Shown here: positions 47,250 through 55,357 of the stretch, in pieces
How the letters are laid out: each line of letters starts with the position of its first letter
How positions within the stretch are numbered: position 1 is the stretch's first letter
Source of the DNA: Faecousia sp.
Lineage (GTDB): Bacteria > Bacillota > Clostridia > Oscillospirales > Oscillospiraceae
Direction of reading: 5' to 3'
NCBI GenBank assembly: GCA_045638785.1
Contig: JAZUBW010000076.1
Coordinates: 1-55,357, forward strand
Length of the DNA: 55,357 nt
Made by a program: the position numbers and the translations under genes
Notes under the pieces: model-generated
Databases searched by the model: none
What the model was told of the DNA's origin: nothing
What the model saw: only the letters and a program-made list of their open reading frames with translations

Positions 47250-47829
47250 AATCAAGGAAGCCATTGTGGTGGAGGGGCGCTACGATAAAAATACCTTGTC
47301 GCAGATCGTGGATGCGCCAATTTTTGAGACCAACGGCTTTGGCATTTTTAAGGACAAGCAGCAGATGGACCTGCTTCGACAGGTGGCTCAAAGACGGGGC
47401 CTCATTGTCTTTACGGACCCCGATGGGGCCGGCTTTGTGATTCGCAATCACATAAAGTCTGCCATTGATGGTCGTTTTTTGAAGCATGCCTATGTGCCCG
47501 ATATTCTTGGGAAGGAACGCCGAAAGGAAGCCCCAGGCAAGGAAGGAAAGCTGGGTGTGGAGGGTATGCGGCCGGAGATCATTCTGGATGCCCTGCGTTC
47601 TGCCGGCGCTACCATGGACGGTGAGAGCCAGGCAGCACAAATGTCCATCACCAAGCAGGATCTGATGGCCCTGGGCCTCTCCGGCGGTGCCAATGCTGCC
47701 GAAAACCGTCAGAAACTTATGAAAAAGCTGAATTTGCCTTCTCATATGAGCGCCAATGCGCTGCTGCAGGCGCTGAATATGCTTTGTTCTTTGGAGGAAC
47801 TGACCGCTTTGATGCATGAAATCAAATGA
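47242..47829 (+). CDS. rnmV: Ribonuclease M5-like Toprim protein (DUF4093)
   Basis: IVVEGRYD, FTDPDGAG, LGVEG, TKQDLMALGL. Confidence 0.88.
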   Translation: MVKIKEAIVVEGRYDKNTLSQIVDAPIFETNGFGIFKDKQQMDLLRQVAQRRGLIVFTDPDGAGFVIRNHIKSAIDGRFLKHAYVPDILGKERRKEAPGKEGKLGVEGMRPEIILDALRSAGATMDGESQAAQMSITKQDLMALGLSGGANAAENRQKLMKKLNLPSHMSANALLQALNMLCSLEELTALMHEIK

Positions 47830-47893
47830 TCAGCGCATTGATGGTTGAGCAGCGAATTATGAAAGTAATTTATCGTTACAATGGAGAAATACC

Positions 47894-49756
47894 ATGGTAG
47901 ATATTCAAGTAAGTAACTTAACAAAATTCTTCGTCATTGGCGAAAACCTACTGCAGGGCCTGTCCTTTGAGATACAGGAAGGGGAGCGGGTGGCGATTCT
48001 GGGCCGTAACGGCTGCGGCAAGACCACGCTGCTGAAGATCCTCACCGGCGAAATGGACTATGATGACGGTGAAGTATTTGTCAATCCTGCCAAGAAGATC
48101 GGCCTGATCTCTCAGATCCCCAAGTTTCCCTATGGCTATACCGTGGAGAATGTGCTGCGTACCGCCTATGCTGTCGTTACCGCTGCTAAGCGAAAGATGG
48201 AGGAGCTGGAGCATGCCATGGCAAATGGTGCCACCGAGGAACAACTGCGGGAATATGATGCCTTGGTCAACCGCTTCCAAAGTGGTGGCGGCTACGAAAT
48301 GGATGTGGAGATCGATAAAATCTGCAACGGCCTGGGCATTTCGCAGCAGCAGCGTCAGCAGGAATTCGACAGCCTCAGTGGCGGCGAAAAGACCCGGGTC
48401 AACCTGGCCCGCCTGCTACTGGAAAAGACGGATATCCTGTTGTTGGACGAGCCCACCAACCACCTGGACCTGAACAGCGTCGAATGGCTGGAAGGCTATA
48501 TTAAGACCTTCAAGGGAACTGTCCTGGTGATCTCCCATGACCGCTATTTTATCGACCAGGTGGCTCAGCGGGTCATCGAGATCGTGGACGGTCATGCTGA
48601 GTTCTACTCCGGCAACTATTCCTTCTATATGGACGAAAAGCAGGCCCGCTTCGACCTGCAGATGAAGCAGTACGAGCAGGAGCAGGCCAAGCTGAAGCAG
48701 CTGGGTTACACTGTGGAGCGGATGAAGGGTTGGGGTATCAACAACCGCACCCTGTACCGCCGGGCCATGTCTATTCAACACCGCATGGAGCGAATCAAAA
48801 AGACGGAAAAACCCAAGATCGAGAAGACCATGAAGGCCAGCTTCGGTGAAAAGGATTTTTCCGGTGATGTGGTGTTCAAAACCAAGGGCGTCAGCAAGGC
48901 CTTTGGTGACCGCACCCTGTTTTCCGATGTAGAACTGCTGGTAGAGGGTGGTGAACGCATCGCCATTTTGGGTGACAACGGCACCGGAAAGACCACCTTT
49001 ATCAAATGCCTTTTGGGGGAGGAGGACTTTGCCGGCAAGATCCAGTACGGCCCTACCGTCAAATCCGGTTACCTGCCCCAGACCATCCACTTCTCCCACC
49101 CGGAGCGGACGCTGTACGACACCATGCTATATGAGAAAAACTGCTCTCCGCAGGTGGCCCGTGACCGCCTGGGCCAGTTTATGTTCTCGGGCGAAGATGT
49201 GTTCAAACAGGTGAAAAACCTGTCCGGCGGCGAGCAGAGCCGTCTGAGACTGTGCATGCTGATGGACGAAAAGATCAACCTGTTGATTCTCGACGAACCC
49301 ACTAACCACTTGGACATTGCATCCCGTGAATGGGTGGAAGCTGCCATCGAGGAATTCGAGGGCGTGCTGCTGTTTGTTTCCCACGACCGCTATTTCATCG
49401 AGAAATTTGCCGAGCGCATTTGGCTGTTAGAGGACGGCAAGATCCGTGATTTTAAGTGCGGCTATCAGAAATTCCGCTCCATTTTGGAGCATGAGGCCGC
49501 TGCCAAGCCTGCCGTCGTCACCGCTCCCAAGGAAAAGAAAGAAAAGCCCAAGGGCGGTACCAAGGAGCAGGAAAAGCTGATCCGGAAGCTGGAGCGGGAG
49601 ATCGAAAAGCAGGAGCAGGTGGTTGCTGCCTTTGATCTCAAGATTGAAGCTGCCGCTGCCGACTACCAGGAACTGACCCGCCTGCTGGAGGAAAAGGAAG
49701 AAGCGGAAATGGTACTGATGGACCTGATGGAACAGTGGGAGGCCGCGCAGCAATGA
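47894..49756 (+). CDS. ABC-F family ribosome-associated ATPase
   Basis: Two ABC domains (GRNGCGKTT, LSGGE, LDEPTNHLD twice), no TM, C-terminal coiled coil. Confidence 0.95.
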   Translation: MVDIQVSNLTKFFVIGENLLQGLSFEIQEGERVAILGRNGCGKTTLLKILTGEMDYDDGEVFVNPAKKIGLISQIPKFPYGYTVENVLRTAYAVVTAAKRKMEELEHAMANGATEEQLREYDALVNRFQSGGGYEMDVEIDKICNGLGISQQQRQQEFDSLSGGEKTRVNLARLLLEKTDILLLDEPTNHLDLNSVEWLEGYIKTFKGTVLVISHDRYFIDQVAQRVIEIVDGHAEFYSGNYSFYMDEKQARFDLQMKQYEQEQAKLKQLGYTVERMKGWGINNRTLYRRAMSIQHRMERIKKTEKPKIEKTMKASFGEKDFSGDVVFKTKGVSKAFGDRTLFSDVELLVEGGERIAILGDNGTGKTTFIKCLLGEEDFAGKIQYGPTVKSGYLPQTIHFSHPERTLYDTMLYEKNCSPQVARDRLGQFMFSGEDVFKQVKNLSGGEQSRLRLCMLMDEKINLLILDEPTNHLDIASREWVEAAIEEFEGVLLFVSHDRYFIEKFAERIWLLEDGKIRDFKCGYQKFRSILEHEAAAKPAVVTAPKEKKEKPKGGTKEQEKLIRKLEREIEKQEQVVAAFDLKIEAAAADYQELTRLLEEKEEAEMVLMDLMEQWEAAQQ

Positions 49757-50067
49757 CCGTATATAACAAGCTTGTCCGGGACAACATCCCCCAGATTATC
49801 GAAGAAAACGGCGGCAAGGCAGAAATTCGCATCCTTTCCGACGAAGAATACTGTACCTTCCTGGAAGCCAAGCTGGATGAAGAGGTAGGGGAGTACCACC
49901 GGGATAAAACGCCGGAGGAGCTGGCGGACATCCTGGAAGTGGTCTATGCCCTGGCAGCTGCTTCCGGTGTGTCCAAAGATCAGTTGTTGGAGATCTATCA
50001 GAAAAAGCATGATGCCCGTGGCGGATTTGAAAAACGAATTTTCTTAATTTCATCCCAACAAGGTTGA
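49753..50067 (+). CDS. MazG-like nucleoside triphosphate pyrophosphohydrolase
   Basis: YNKLVRDNIP, EELADILEV, RGGF; ATGA overlap. Confidence 0.9.
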   Translation: MTVYNKLVRDNIPQIIEENGGKAEIRILSDEEYCTFLEAKLDEEVGEYHRDKTPEELADILEVVYALAAASGVSKDQLLEIYQKKHDARGGFEKRIFLISSQQG

Positions 50068-50126
50068 CACTTCCGACACGAAGTTCTATAATAGCCTAAG
50101 ATTATTTTCATAAGGAGCGTATACAA

Positions 50127-50951
50127 ATGAGTTCTTGTAATGGAAACTGCAGCAGCTGCGGCTCTGATTGCGCAGATCGCAAGGCCGAATCCCTGCTGGC
50201 TCAGCTCAACCCCCGTTCTTCTGTTAAGAAGGTCATCGCCGTCGTTTCCGGTAAGGGCGGCGTCGGCAAGTCCACCGTTACTTCCACCCTGGCTGTGGCC
50301 ATGAGCCGCAAGGGCTACCGTGTCGGCGTTCTCGATGCTGACATCACCGGCCCTTCCGCACCTACCGCCTTCGGTGTCACCGAGTGCCAGGGTGCCAATG
50401 ATGACGGCCTGTATCCTGCTCTGACCAAGGGCGGTATCCAGGTTATGTCCATCAATCTGCTGCTGGACGATCCCGCTTCTCCCGTTGTGTGGCGTGGTCC
50501 CGTCATCGCCGGCGCTGTCAAGCAGTTCTGGACCGATGTGATCTGGGAAGATGTGGACTATATGTTCGTGGACATGCCTCCCGGAACCGGCGATGTGCCT
50601 CTGACCGTATTCCAGAGCCTGCCTGTGGACGGTATCGTTATCGTTACCTCTCCCCAGGATCTGGTGTCCATGATTGTTACCAAGGCTGTGAAGATGGCCA
50701 ATATGATGCACATTCCCGTGCTGGGCTTCGTGGAGAACTACAGCTACCTGGAATGCCCCGATTGCGGCAAGAAGATCGAGGTCTTTGGTAAGTCCCACCT
50801 GGACGAAGTGGCTGCTTCCTTCGATCTGCCCATCCTGGCCCGTCTGCCCATCGATCCTTCTGTGGCTTTCGCCTACGACAGTGGCCTGATGGAAACCGTC
50901 AATACCGATAAGGTAGCTGGTGTCATCGCAGCGATCGAGAAGGCAGAATGA
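50127..50951 (+). CDS. Mrp/NBP35 Fe-S carrier ATPase
   Basis: SGKGGVGKS, DADITGPS, VWRGP, DMPPGTGD, CPDC. Confidence 0.96.
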   Translation: MSSCNGNCSSCGSDCADRKAESLLAQLNPRSSVKKVIAVVSGKGGVGKSTVTSTLAVAMSRKGYRVGVLDADITGPSAPTAFGVTECQGANDDGLYPALTKGGIQVMSINLLLDDPASPVVWRGPVIAGAVKQFWTDVIWEDVDYMFVDMPPGTGDVPLTVFQSLPVDGIVIVTSPQDLVSMIVTKAVKMANMMHIPVLGFVENYSYLECPDCGKKIEVFGKSHLDEVAASFDLPILARLPIDPSVAFAYDSGLMETVNTDKVAGVIAAIEKAE

Positions 50952-51259
50952 AAAAGCTGAACTGCCTGCGCTGTCAAACCCCCATGGACTGCCTTGGCAG
51001 GGAAAAGATCCAACTTGGCGAAACAGGCTTTTTACTTGGCGATCTGCCGAATCTGTTTGCTGGTGCGCTGGAGGTGGAGATCTACACCTGTCCCTCCTGC
51101 GGCAACGTGGAGTTTTTCCGCCCGGTGCTGACAAAAGGGGAGCGTGCAGGCTATTCTCACCCGGACCTTCCCCAGCGGGAATGTCCCCATTGTGGTGAAA
51201 AGCACGATTTTGACTATCCCAAGTGTCCGTATTGCGACTTTGACTATTACCGAAAATGA
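50948..51259 (+). CDS. Double zinc-ribbon hypothetical protein
   Basis: CLRC, CPSC, CPHC, CPYC; ATGA overlap with mrp. Confidence 0.8.
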   Translation: MKKLNCLRCQTPMDCLGREKIQLGETGFLLGDLPNLFAGALEVEIYTCPSCGNVEFFRPVLTKGERAGYSHPDLPQRECPHCGEKHDFDYPKCPYCDFDYYRK

Positions 51260-51294
51260 AAGACAGGGAACGGCATGGCTGTTCCCTGTCTTTT
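51259..51294 (+). terminator. Intrinsic terminator
   Basis: AAAGACAGGGAACGGC-ATG-GCTGTTCCCTGTCTTTT. Confidence 0.8.
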
Positions 51295-51403
51295 GCTATC
51301 ATATCAGCCCAATTAATGAAAATCTGCAACACAGACGTATTTGCTATTGCTGAGCTGTCGTAAATATGCTACAATAATCAAAATATGCTGTGTGGAGGTG
51401 CCT

Positions 51404-52315
51404 ATGGAATTTCTGTATCTGCTGGAAAAGATCCGCATGCCAGGTCTGAATGAGCTGATGCTTACCATTACCCATTTGGGCGAAGAAACGGCCTTTCTTG
51501 CCATTGCGCTGATCGTATTTTGGTGCGTGGACAAGTACGAGGGCTATTATCTGCTGGGTGTGGGCCTTTTTGGCAACATGGCTAATCAGTTTTTGAAGAT
51601 CACCTGCCGCATTCCCAGGCCCTGGGTACGGGATCCCAATTTCCATGCCCTGGAAGCGGCAATCCCGGAAGCCGGCGGCTACAGCTTCCCCAGCGGCCAT
51701 TCTCAGACCGCTGTTGGTACCTTCGGCTGCATTGCTGTGACTCAAAAGAAAAACATTCTCCGGGCAATTTGCATCGCATTTATGATCCTTGTGCCTTTCT
51801 CTCGGATGTATGTTGGCGTTCATACCCCTGCGGATGTGCTGGTGGGCAGCGCTATGGCCATTGTGATGGTATTTGCCTTCCGCCCCCTGATGCTGCGTGG
51901 TAATAAGAACCATATCCAGGCTACCTTCACCGGCCTGCTGTTTTTAAGCATTTTCTACCTGCTGTTCGTGGAACTGTATCCCTTCCCGCAGAATATTGAT
52001 GCGCATAATTATGAGTCTGCGGTAAAAAATGCCTATACCTTTATCGGCTGCTTTGTAGGTGTGATCATCGTCTTTATGGTCGATGAGGACAAGCTGCATT
52101 TTGATACCAAGGCCATTTGGTGGGCGCAGATTCTCAAGGCCTTTGGCGGCCTCATCGTGGTGCTGGCTGTCAAGGAAGGCCTGCGTCCTGTGTTGGAACT
52201 GTTCCTGCCGGTGATGCCTGCCCGGGCAGTTCGTTATTGCATCATTGTGATCGTGGCCGGCATTGTCTGGCCGCTGACCTTCCGTTGGTTCGCAAAACTG
52301 GGACGGAAACAATAA
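51404..52315 (+). CDS. PAP2-family membrane phosphatase
   Basis: KITCRIPRP, SFPSGH, SRMYVGVHTPADV. Confidence 0.93.
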   Translation: MEFLYLLEKIRMPGLNELMLTITHLGEETAFLAIALIVFWCVDKYEGYYLLGVGLFGNMANQFLKITCRIPRPWVRDPNFHALEAAIPEAGGYSFPSGHSQTAVGTFGCIAVTQKKNILRAICIAFMILVPFSRMYVGVHTPADVLVGSAMAIVMVFAFRPLMLRGNKNHIQATFTGLLFLSIFYLLFVELYPFPQNIDAHNYESAVKNAYTFIGCFVGVIIVFMVDEDKLHFDTKAIWWAQILKAFGGLIVVLAVKEGLRPVLELFLPVMPARAVRYCIIVIVAGIVWPLTFRWFAKLGRKQ

Positions 52316-52330
52316 CAGGGGAGAAGTAGT

Positions 52331-52768
52331 ATGAATAAGATTCGTGTTAAAAAGCTGGATCCCAATGCCAAACTGCCTGCCTACGGCTCTGCTGAGGCCG
52401 TGGGCGCTGACCTCTATGCCTGCCTGCGGGAGTCGGTGACCATTGCCCCCGGTGAAGTATTTTGGGTGCCCACCGGCATCGCCCTGGAGGTACCAAAGGG
52501 CTGCGCCGGTCTTGTGTATGCCCGCAGCTCCATGGGTGCCAAGCGTGGACTGGCCCCGGCCAACAAGGTCGGTGTCATCGATCCCGATTACCGCGGTGAG
52601 ATCCGGGTGGTGCTCTTAAACCACAGCAAAGAACCCCAAATCCTGGAACCCGGTGAGCGGGTTGCCCAGTTTGTCATTACGCCCGTGCTGCAGCCATTTT
52701 ACGAAGAAGTGGAGGAACTGACCGACACCGACCGGGGGGCAGGCGGCTTTGGATCCACAGGTAAGTAA
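52331..52768 (+). CDS. dut: dUTP diphosphatase
   Basis: ARSS, GVIDPDYRGEI, ERVAQ, RGAGGFGSTG. Confidence 0.97.
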   Translation: MNKIRVKKLDPNAKLPAYGSAEAVGADLYACLRESVTIAPGEVFWVPTGIALEVPKGCAGLVYARSSMGAKRGLAPANKVGVIDPDYRGEIRVVLLNHSKEPQILEPGERVAQFVITPVLQPFYEEVEELTDTDRGAGGFGSTGK

Positions 52769-52926
52769 AAATGACGAAAAACGGCTGTAAGATTTTGTCT
52801 TTTTTTGCATTTCTATGACTATACATTTGCGCCTGAATGCCTTATAATGTAAAATGGCGAATTTGGGAATGTGATATATCCACGCCTGTAAACTCTGATA
52901 TACAATAGACAAGGAGTTTGTTTATT

Positions 52927-54741
52927 ATGGATTTAATGGACATTTTAACCGCAATCATCACCATGCTCGGCGGCCTGGCTATGTTTCTGTACGGTATCGA
53001 GGTCATGGGCGATGGTCTGAAGAACAGCTCTGGTGAAGCCCTGAAGCGTGTGTTGGGCAAGCTGACAGGTAATGTCATCACCGGTGTTCTAACCGGTACT
53101 CTGGTCACCGCTGTCATTCAGAGCTCCACTGCCACCATCGTGCTGGCCGTTGCCCTGATCGGCGCCGGCGTGCTGACGCTGAAGCAGGCCGTTTCCATCG
53201 TCATGGGCGCCAACATCGGCACCACCATGACCGCTTGGATTACCACCCTGGCTTTTGTGGAATCCGACGGCAACAACTGGCTGCTGTGGCTCTTTGACAC
53301 CGACACCCTGGCTCCCATCGCCCTGCTGATCGGTATTGTGCTGATTATGTTTATCAAGACCAGCAAGTCCAAGACTGTTGGCGATATTGCCATCGGCTTC
53401 GGTATCCTGTTTGTGGGTCTAATGAACATGACCGGCGCCGTGAAGATTTTTGGTGAATCTCCCATCTTTATGGAGATGCTGACCAATCTGGCTGATGTGC
53501 CTGTGCTGGGTATCCTGGCGGGTCTTGTCATCACTGTCATCGTGCAGTCTTCCTCTGCTACCGTTGCTATGCTGCAGTCTCTGTCTGCTACCGGTGCGCT
53601 GAACTTTGCCGGTGTCTATCCCATCATCATGGGTATCAACATCGGTACGACCCTGGTTACTGCCTTCTACTGCTTCCTGGGCAGTGAGAGCCGTGATTCC
53701 AAGCGCACAGGTGTTGTTCACATTGTCTTTAACACCATCGGTACTGTGGTGTTTATGATCATTCTCAGCATCATGCAGTCTTTGAATGTTTTTGGCGAGT
53801 CTTTCTGGACCATGCAGGTTAACAGCAATGTAATCGCCTTGTTCCAGACCGCATTTAACCTGTTCACTGCTGTGCTGCTGATCCCCTTCACCAACCAGCT
53901 GGTGAAGATGTCCACCGTGCTGATCAAGGAGACCCCTATCCAGCCCCACAATCATCCCGAGCTGTATACCCTCAGCGAGAGACTCTACATTTCTCCCGCT
54001 CTGGCTGTGGTGGAGGCTACCAAGGCCGTTGCTTCCATGGGTCATATCGCCAAGGACAACTTCCGCCGTTGCTGCGATGTGCTGCTGACCAATGAGACCG
54101 CCGATCTGGCCCTCATCGATACCGATGAGGACAACCTGGACCGCTTTGCCGACCGTGCTGACCGCTTCCTCATCGGTCTGTCCAAGGTGGTGGAGACCAA
54201 GGGCGATGACCACCAGGTGGATATGCTGCTGCAGACTGTGCCCAGCTTTGAGCGTATCGGTGACTACGGCACCAATATGGTGGAACTGTCCCAGCGCCTG
54301 CAGGGTGAAAACGGCAGCTTCTCCGAAAACGCCAAGAAGGAACTGAGCCTGCTGTGCAAGGCTGTGGACGAGATCCTGGCAATCACTGTGGATGCCTTTG
54401 AGCGTGGCGACAATCAGCTGGCCCGTTCCATTGAGCCTCTGGAGGAGACCATCGACGATATGGTGCTGCTGCTCCGGGACCGCCATACCCAGCGCCTGAA
54501 GAACGGCACCTGCACCATCAGCACCGGCCTGGTGTTCATGGAAGCGCTGACCCAGCTGGAGCGTGCGGCTGACCATTGCTCCTCCATCGGCGTCATGCTG
54601 CTGGCTTTGGAAAATGCGGATATCATGCACAATCATCATAAGTACCTCTACGAGGTTCACCAGGGTATGGATGCTTCCTACCGTGCGGAAAGTGACCGCC
54701 GCCGTGCCCAGTTCCTGAAGCCTCTGGAAGAAATCCAATAA
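52927..54741 (+). CDS. Na/Pi cotransporter with PhoU domains
   Basis: Repeated QSSTAT/QSSSAT and GANIGTT/GINIGTT; ERIGDY and ERAADH PhoU motifs. Confidence 0.95.
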   Translation: MDLMDILTAIITMLGGLAMFLYGIEVMGDGLKNSSGEALKRVLGKLTGNVITGVLTGTLVTAVIQSSTATIVLAVALIGAGVLTLKQAVSIVMGANIGTTMTAWITTLAFVESDGNNWLLWLFDTDTLAPIALLIGIVLIMFIKTSKSKTVGDIAIGFGILFVGLMNMTGAVKIFGESPIFMEMLTNLADVPVLGILAGLVITVIVQSSSATVAMLQSLSATGALNFAGVYPIIMGINIGTTLVTAFYCFLGSESRDSKRTGVVHIVFNTIGTVVFMIILSIMQSLNVFGESFWTMQVNSNVIALFQTAFNLFTAVLLIPFTNQLVKMSTVLIKETPIQPHNHPELYTLSERLYISPALAVVEATKAVASMGHIAKDNFRRCCDVLLTNETADLALIDTDEDNLDRFADRADRFLIGLSKVVETKGDDHQVDMLLQTVPSFERIGDYGTNMVELSQRLQGENGSFSENAKKELSLLCKAVDEILAITVDAFERGDNQLARSIEPLEETIDDMVLLLRDRHTQRLKNGTCTISTGLVFMEALTQLERAADHCSSIGVMLLALENADIMHNHHKYLYEVHQGMDASYRAESDRRRAQFLKPLEEIQ

Positions 54742-54749
54742 ATTTCCCT

Positions 54750-54788
54750 GCCTCCGGTGTAAAATTGCACCGGAGGCGGTTGCTTTTT
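54750..54788 (+). terminator. Intrinsic terminator
   Basis: GCCTCCGGTGTAA-AA-TTGCACCGGAGGC followed by a T-rich tail. Confidence 0.75.
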
Positions 54789-54846
54789 CCAAATAAATGA
54801 TATATAATCGTTATGTTATTAAAAATAAGAAAAGAGGTTGTTTCCC

Positions 54847-55357
54847 ATGAATATGACCACTGCTGAGATGAAAACTGCATACGAAGCCGCTCTGGCCGCT
54901 TTCGAAGGCTGGAAGGCAAAGAATCTGAAGCTGAACATGGCTCGCGGCAAGCCCTCCTCCGCACAGCTGGACCTGGTCAGCGACATTCTGAATGTCCTGG
55001 TTGATCCTGCCGAGTGCAAGGTCGACGGCATGGACGCTCGTAACTACGGTGAGCTGGGCGGTCTGCCCTGTGCCAAGGCTTACTGGGCTGATGTGCTGGG
55101 CTGCCAGACCAATGAGGTCTTTGTTGGCGGTTCTGCCAGCCTGACCCTGATGTACGACCTGATCTCCAAGGCCTACACCCATGGCCTGAAGAACAGCGAG
55201 CGCCCCTGGTGCAAGGAAGAGAAGCTGAAGTTCCTGTGTCCCGCTCCCGGCTATGACCGTCACTTCCGCATCACCGAGTCCTTCGGCTTCGAGCTGATTA
55301 CCATTCCCATGACCGCTACCGGTCCCGATATGGACATGGTGGAAGAGCTGGTGAAGG
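54847..55357 (+). CDS. Class I/II PLP aminotransferase (putative aspartate aminotransferase), 3' truncated by window edge
   Basis: LKLNMARGKPS, DARNYGELGGLP, KFLCPAPGYDRHF; no stop before the end, so absent from ORF track. Confidence 0.9.
   Translation, partial: MNMTTAEMKTAYEAALAAFEGWKAKNLKLNMARGKPSSAQLDLVSDILNVLVDPAECKVDGMDARNYGELGGLPCAKAYWADVLGCQTNEVFVGGSASLTLMYDLISKAYTHGLKNSERPWCKEEKLKFLCPAPGYDRHFRITESFGFELITIPMTATGPDMDMVEELVK

Noticed and set aside
8693-54792. Long antisense ORFs (e.g. 8693..10429, 18816..20612, 29121..31172, 32468..34504, 41227..43263, 53419..54792)
   Set aside because: Shadow frames of strongly codon-biased housekeeping genes; no RBS or recognisable motifs

Overview
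Core chromosome of a spore-forming, fairly GC-rich clostridial Firmicute (gene content and order suggest Oscillospiraceae/Ruminococcaceae; this is inference). Housekeeping blocks: addB(partial)-addA; spoVAD-spoVAE; pheST and alaS, each with a T-box; rarA; spoIIGA-sigE; rex with an aldo/keto reductase; glnS; pyrH-frr-uppS-cdsA-dxr-rseP-ispG-polC; marR-degV; udp-pepF; comEC-holA-rnmV-ABC-F; mrp; dut; a Na/Pi cotransporter; and a partial aminotransferase. There are two AT-richer accessory patches. (1) About 20.7-25.7 kb: a co-oriented cassette-like array with two paralogous lipoproteins, three paralogous membrane-anchored surface proteins sharing an IPLQxGE-TM-basic tail, a chimeric ORF ending in a zinc-metalloprotease C-terminal piece, a pseudogene, a 160-bp direct repeat and REP-like hairpins at gene ends. 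This is the best candidate for an undescribed system, possibly a polymorphic secreted-protease/partner cassette locus. (2) About 11.9-12.8 kb: a lipoprotein, a decayed C-terminal gene fragment and a leader with mutually exclusive hairpins. Also found: a 45-aa, 60% Asn/Gln peptide gene behind spoVAE that the ORF track missed, with a sigF/sigG-like promoter; a consensus WalR-type box upstream of an NlpC/P60 operon; and an IS3 relic. No CRISPR array, rRNA, tRNA, integrase or reverse transcriptase was seen.
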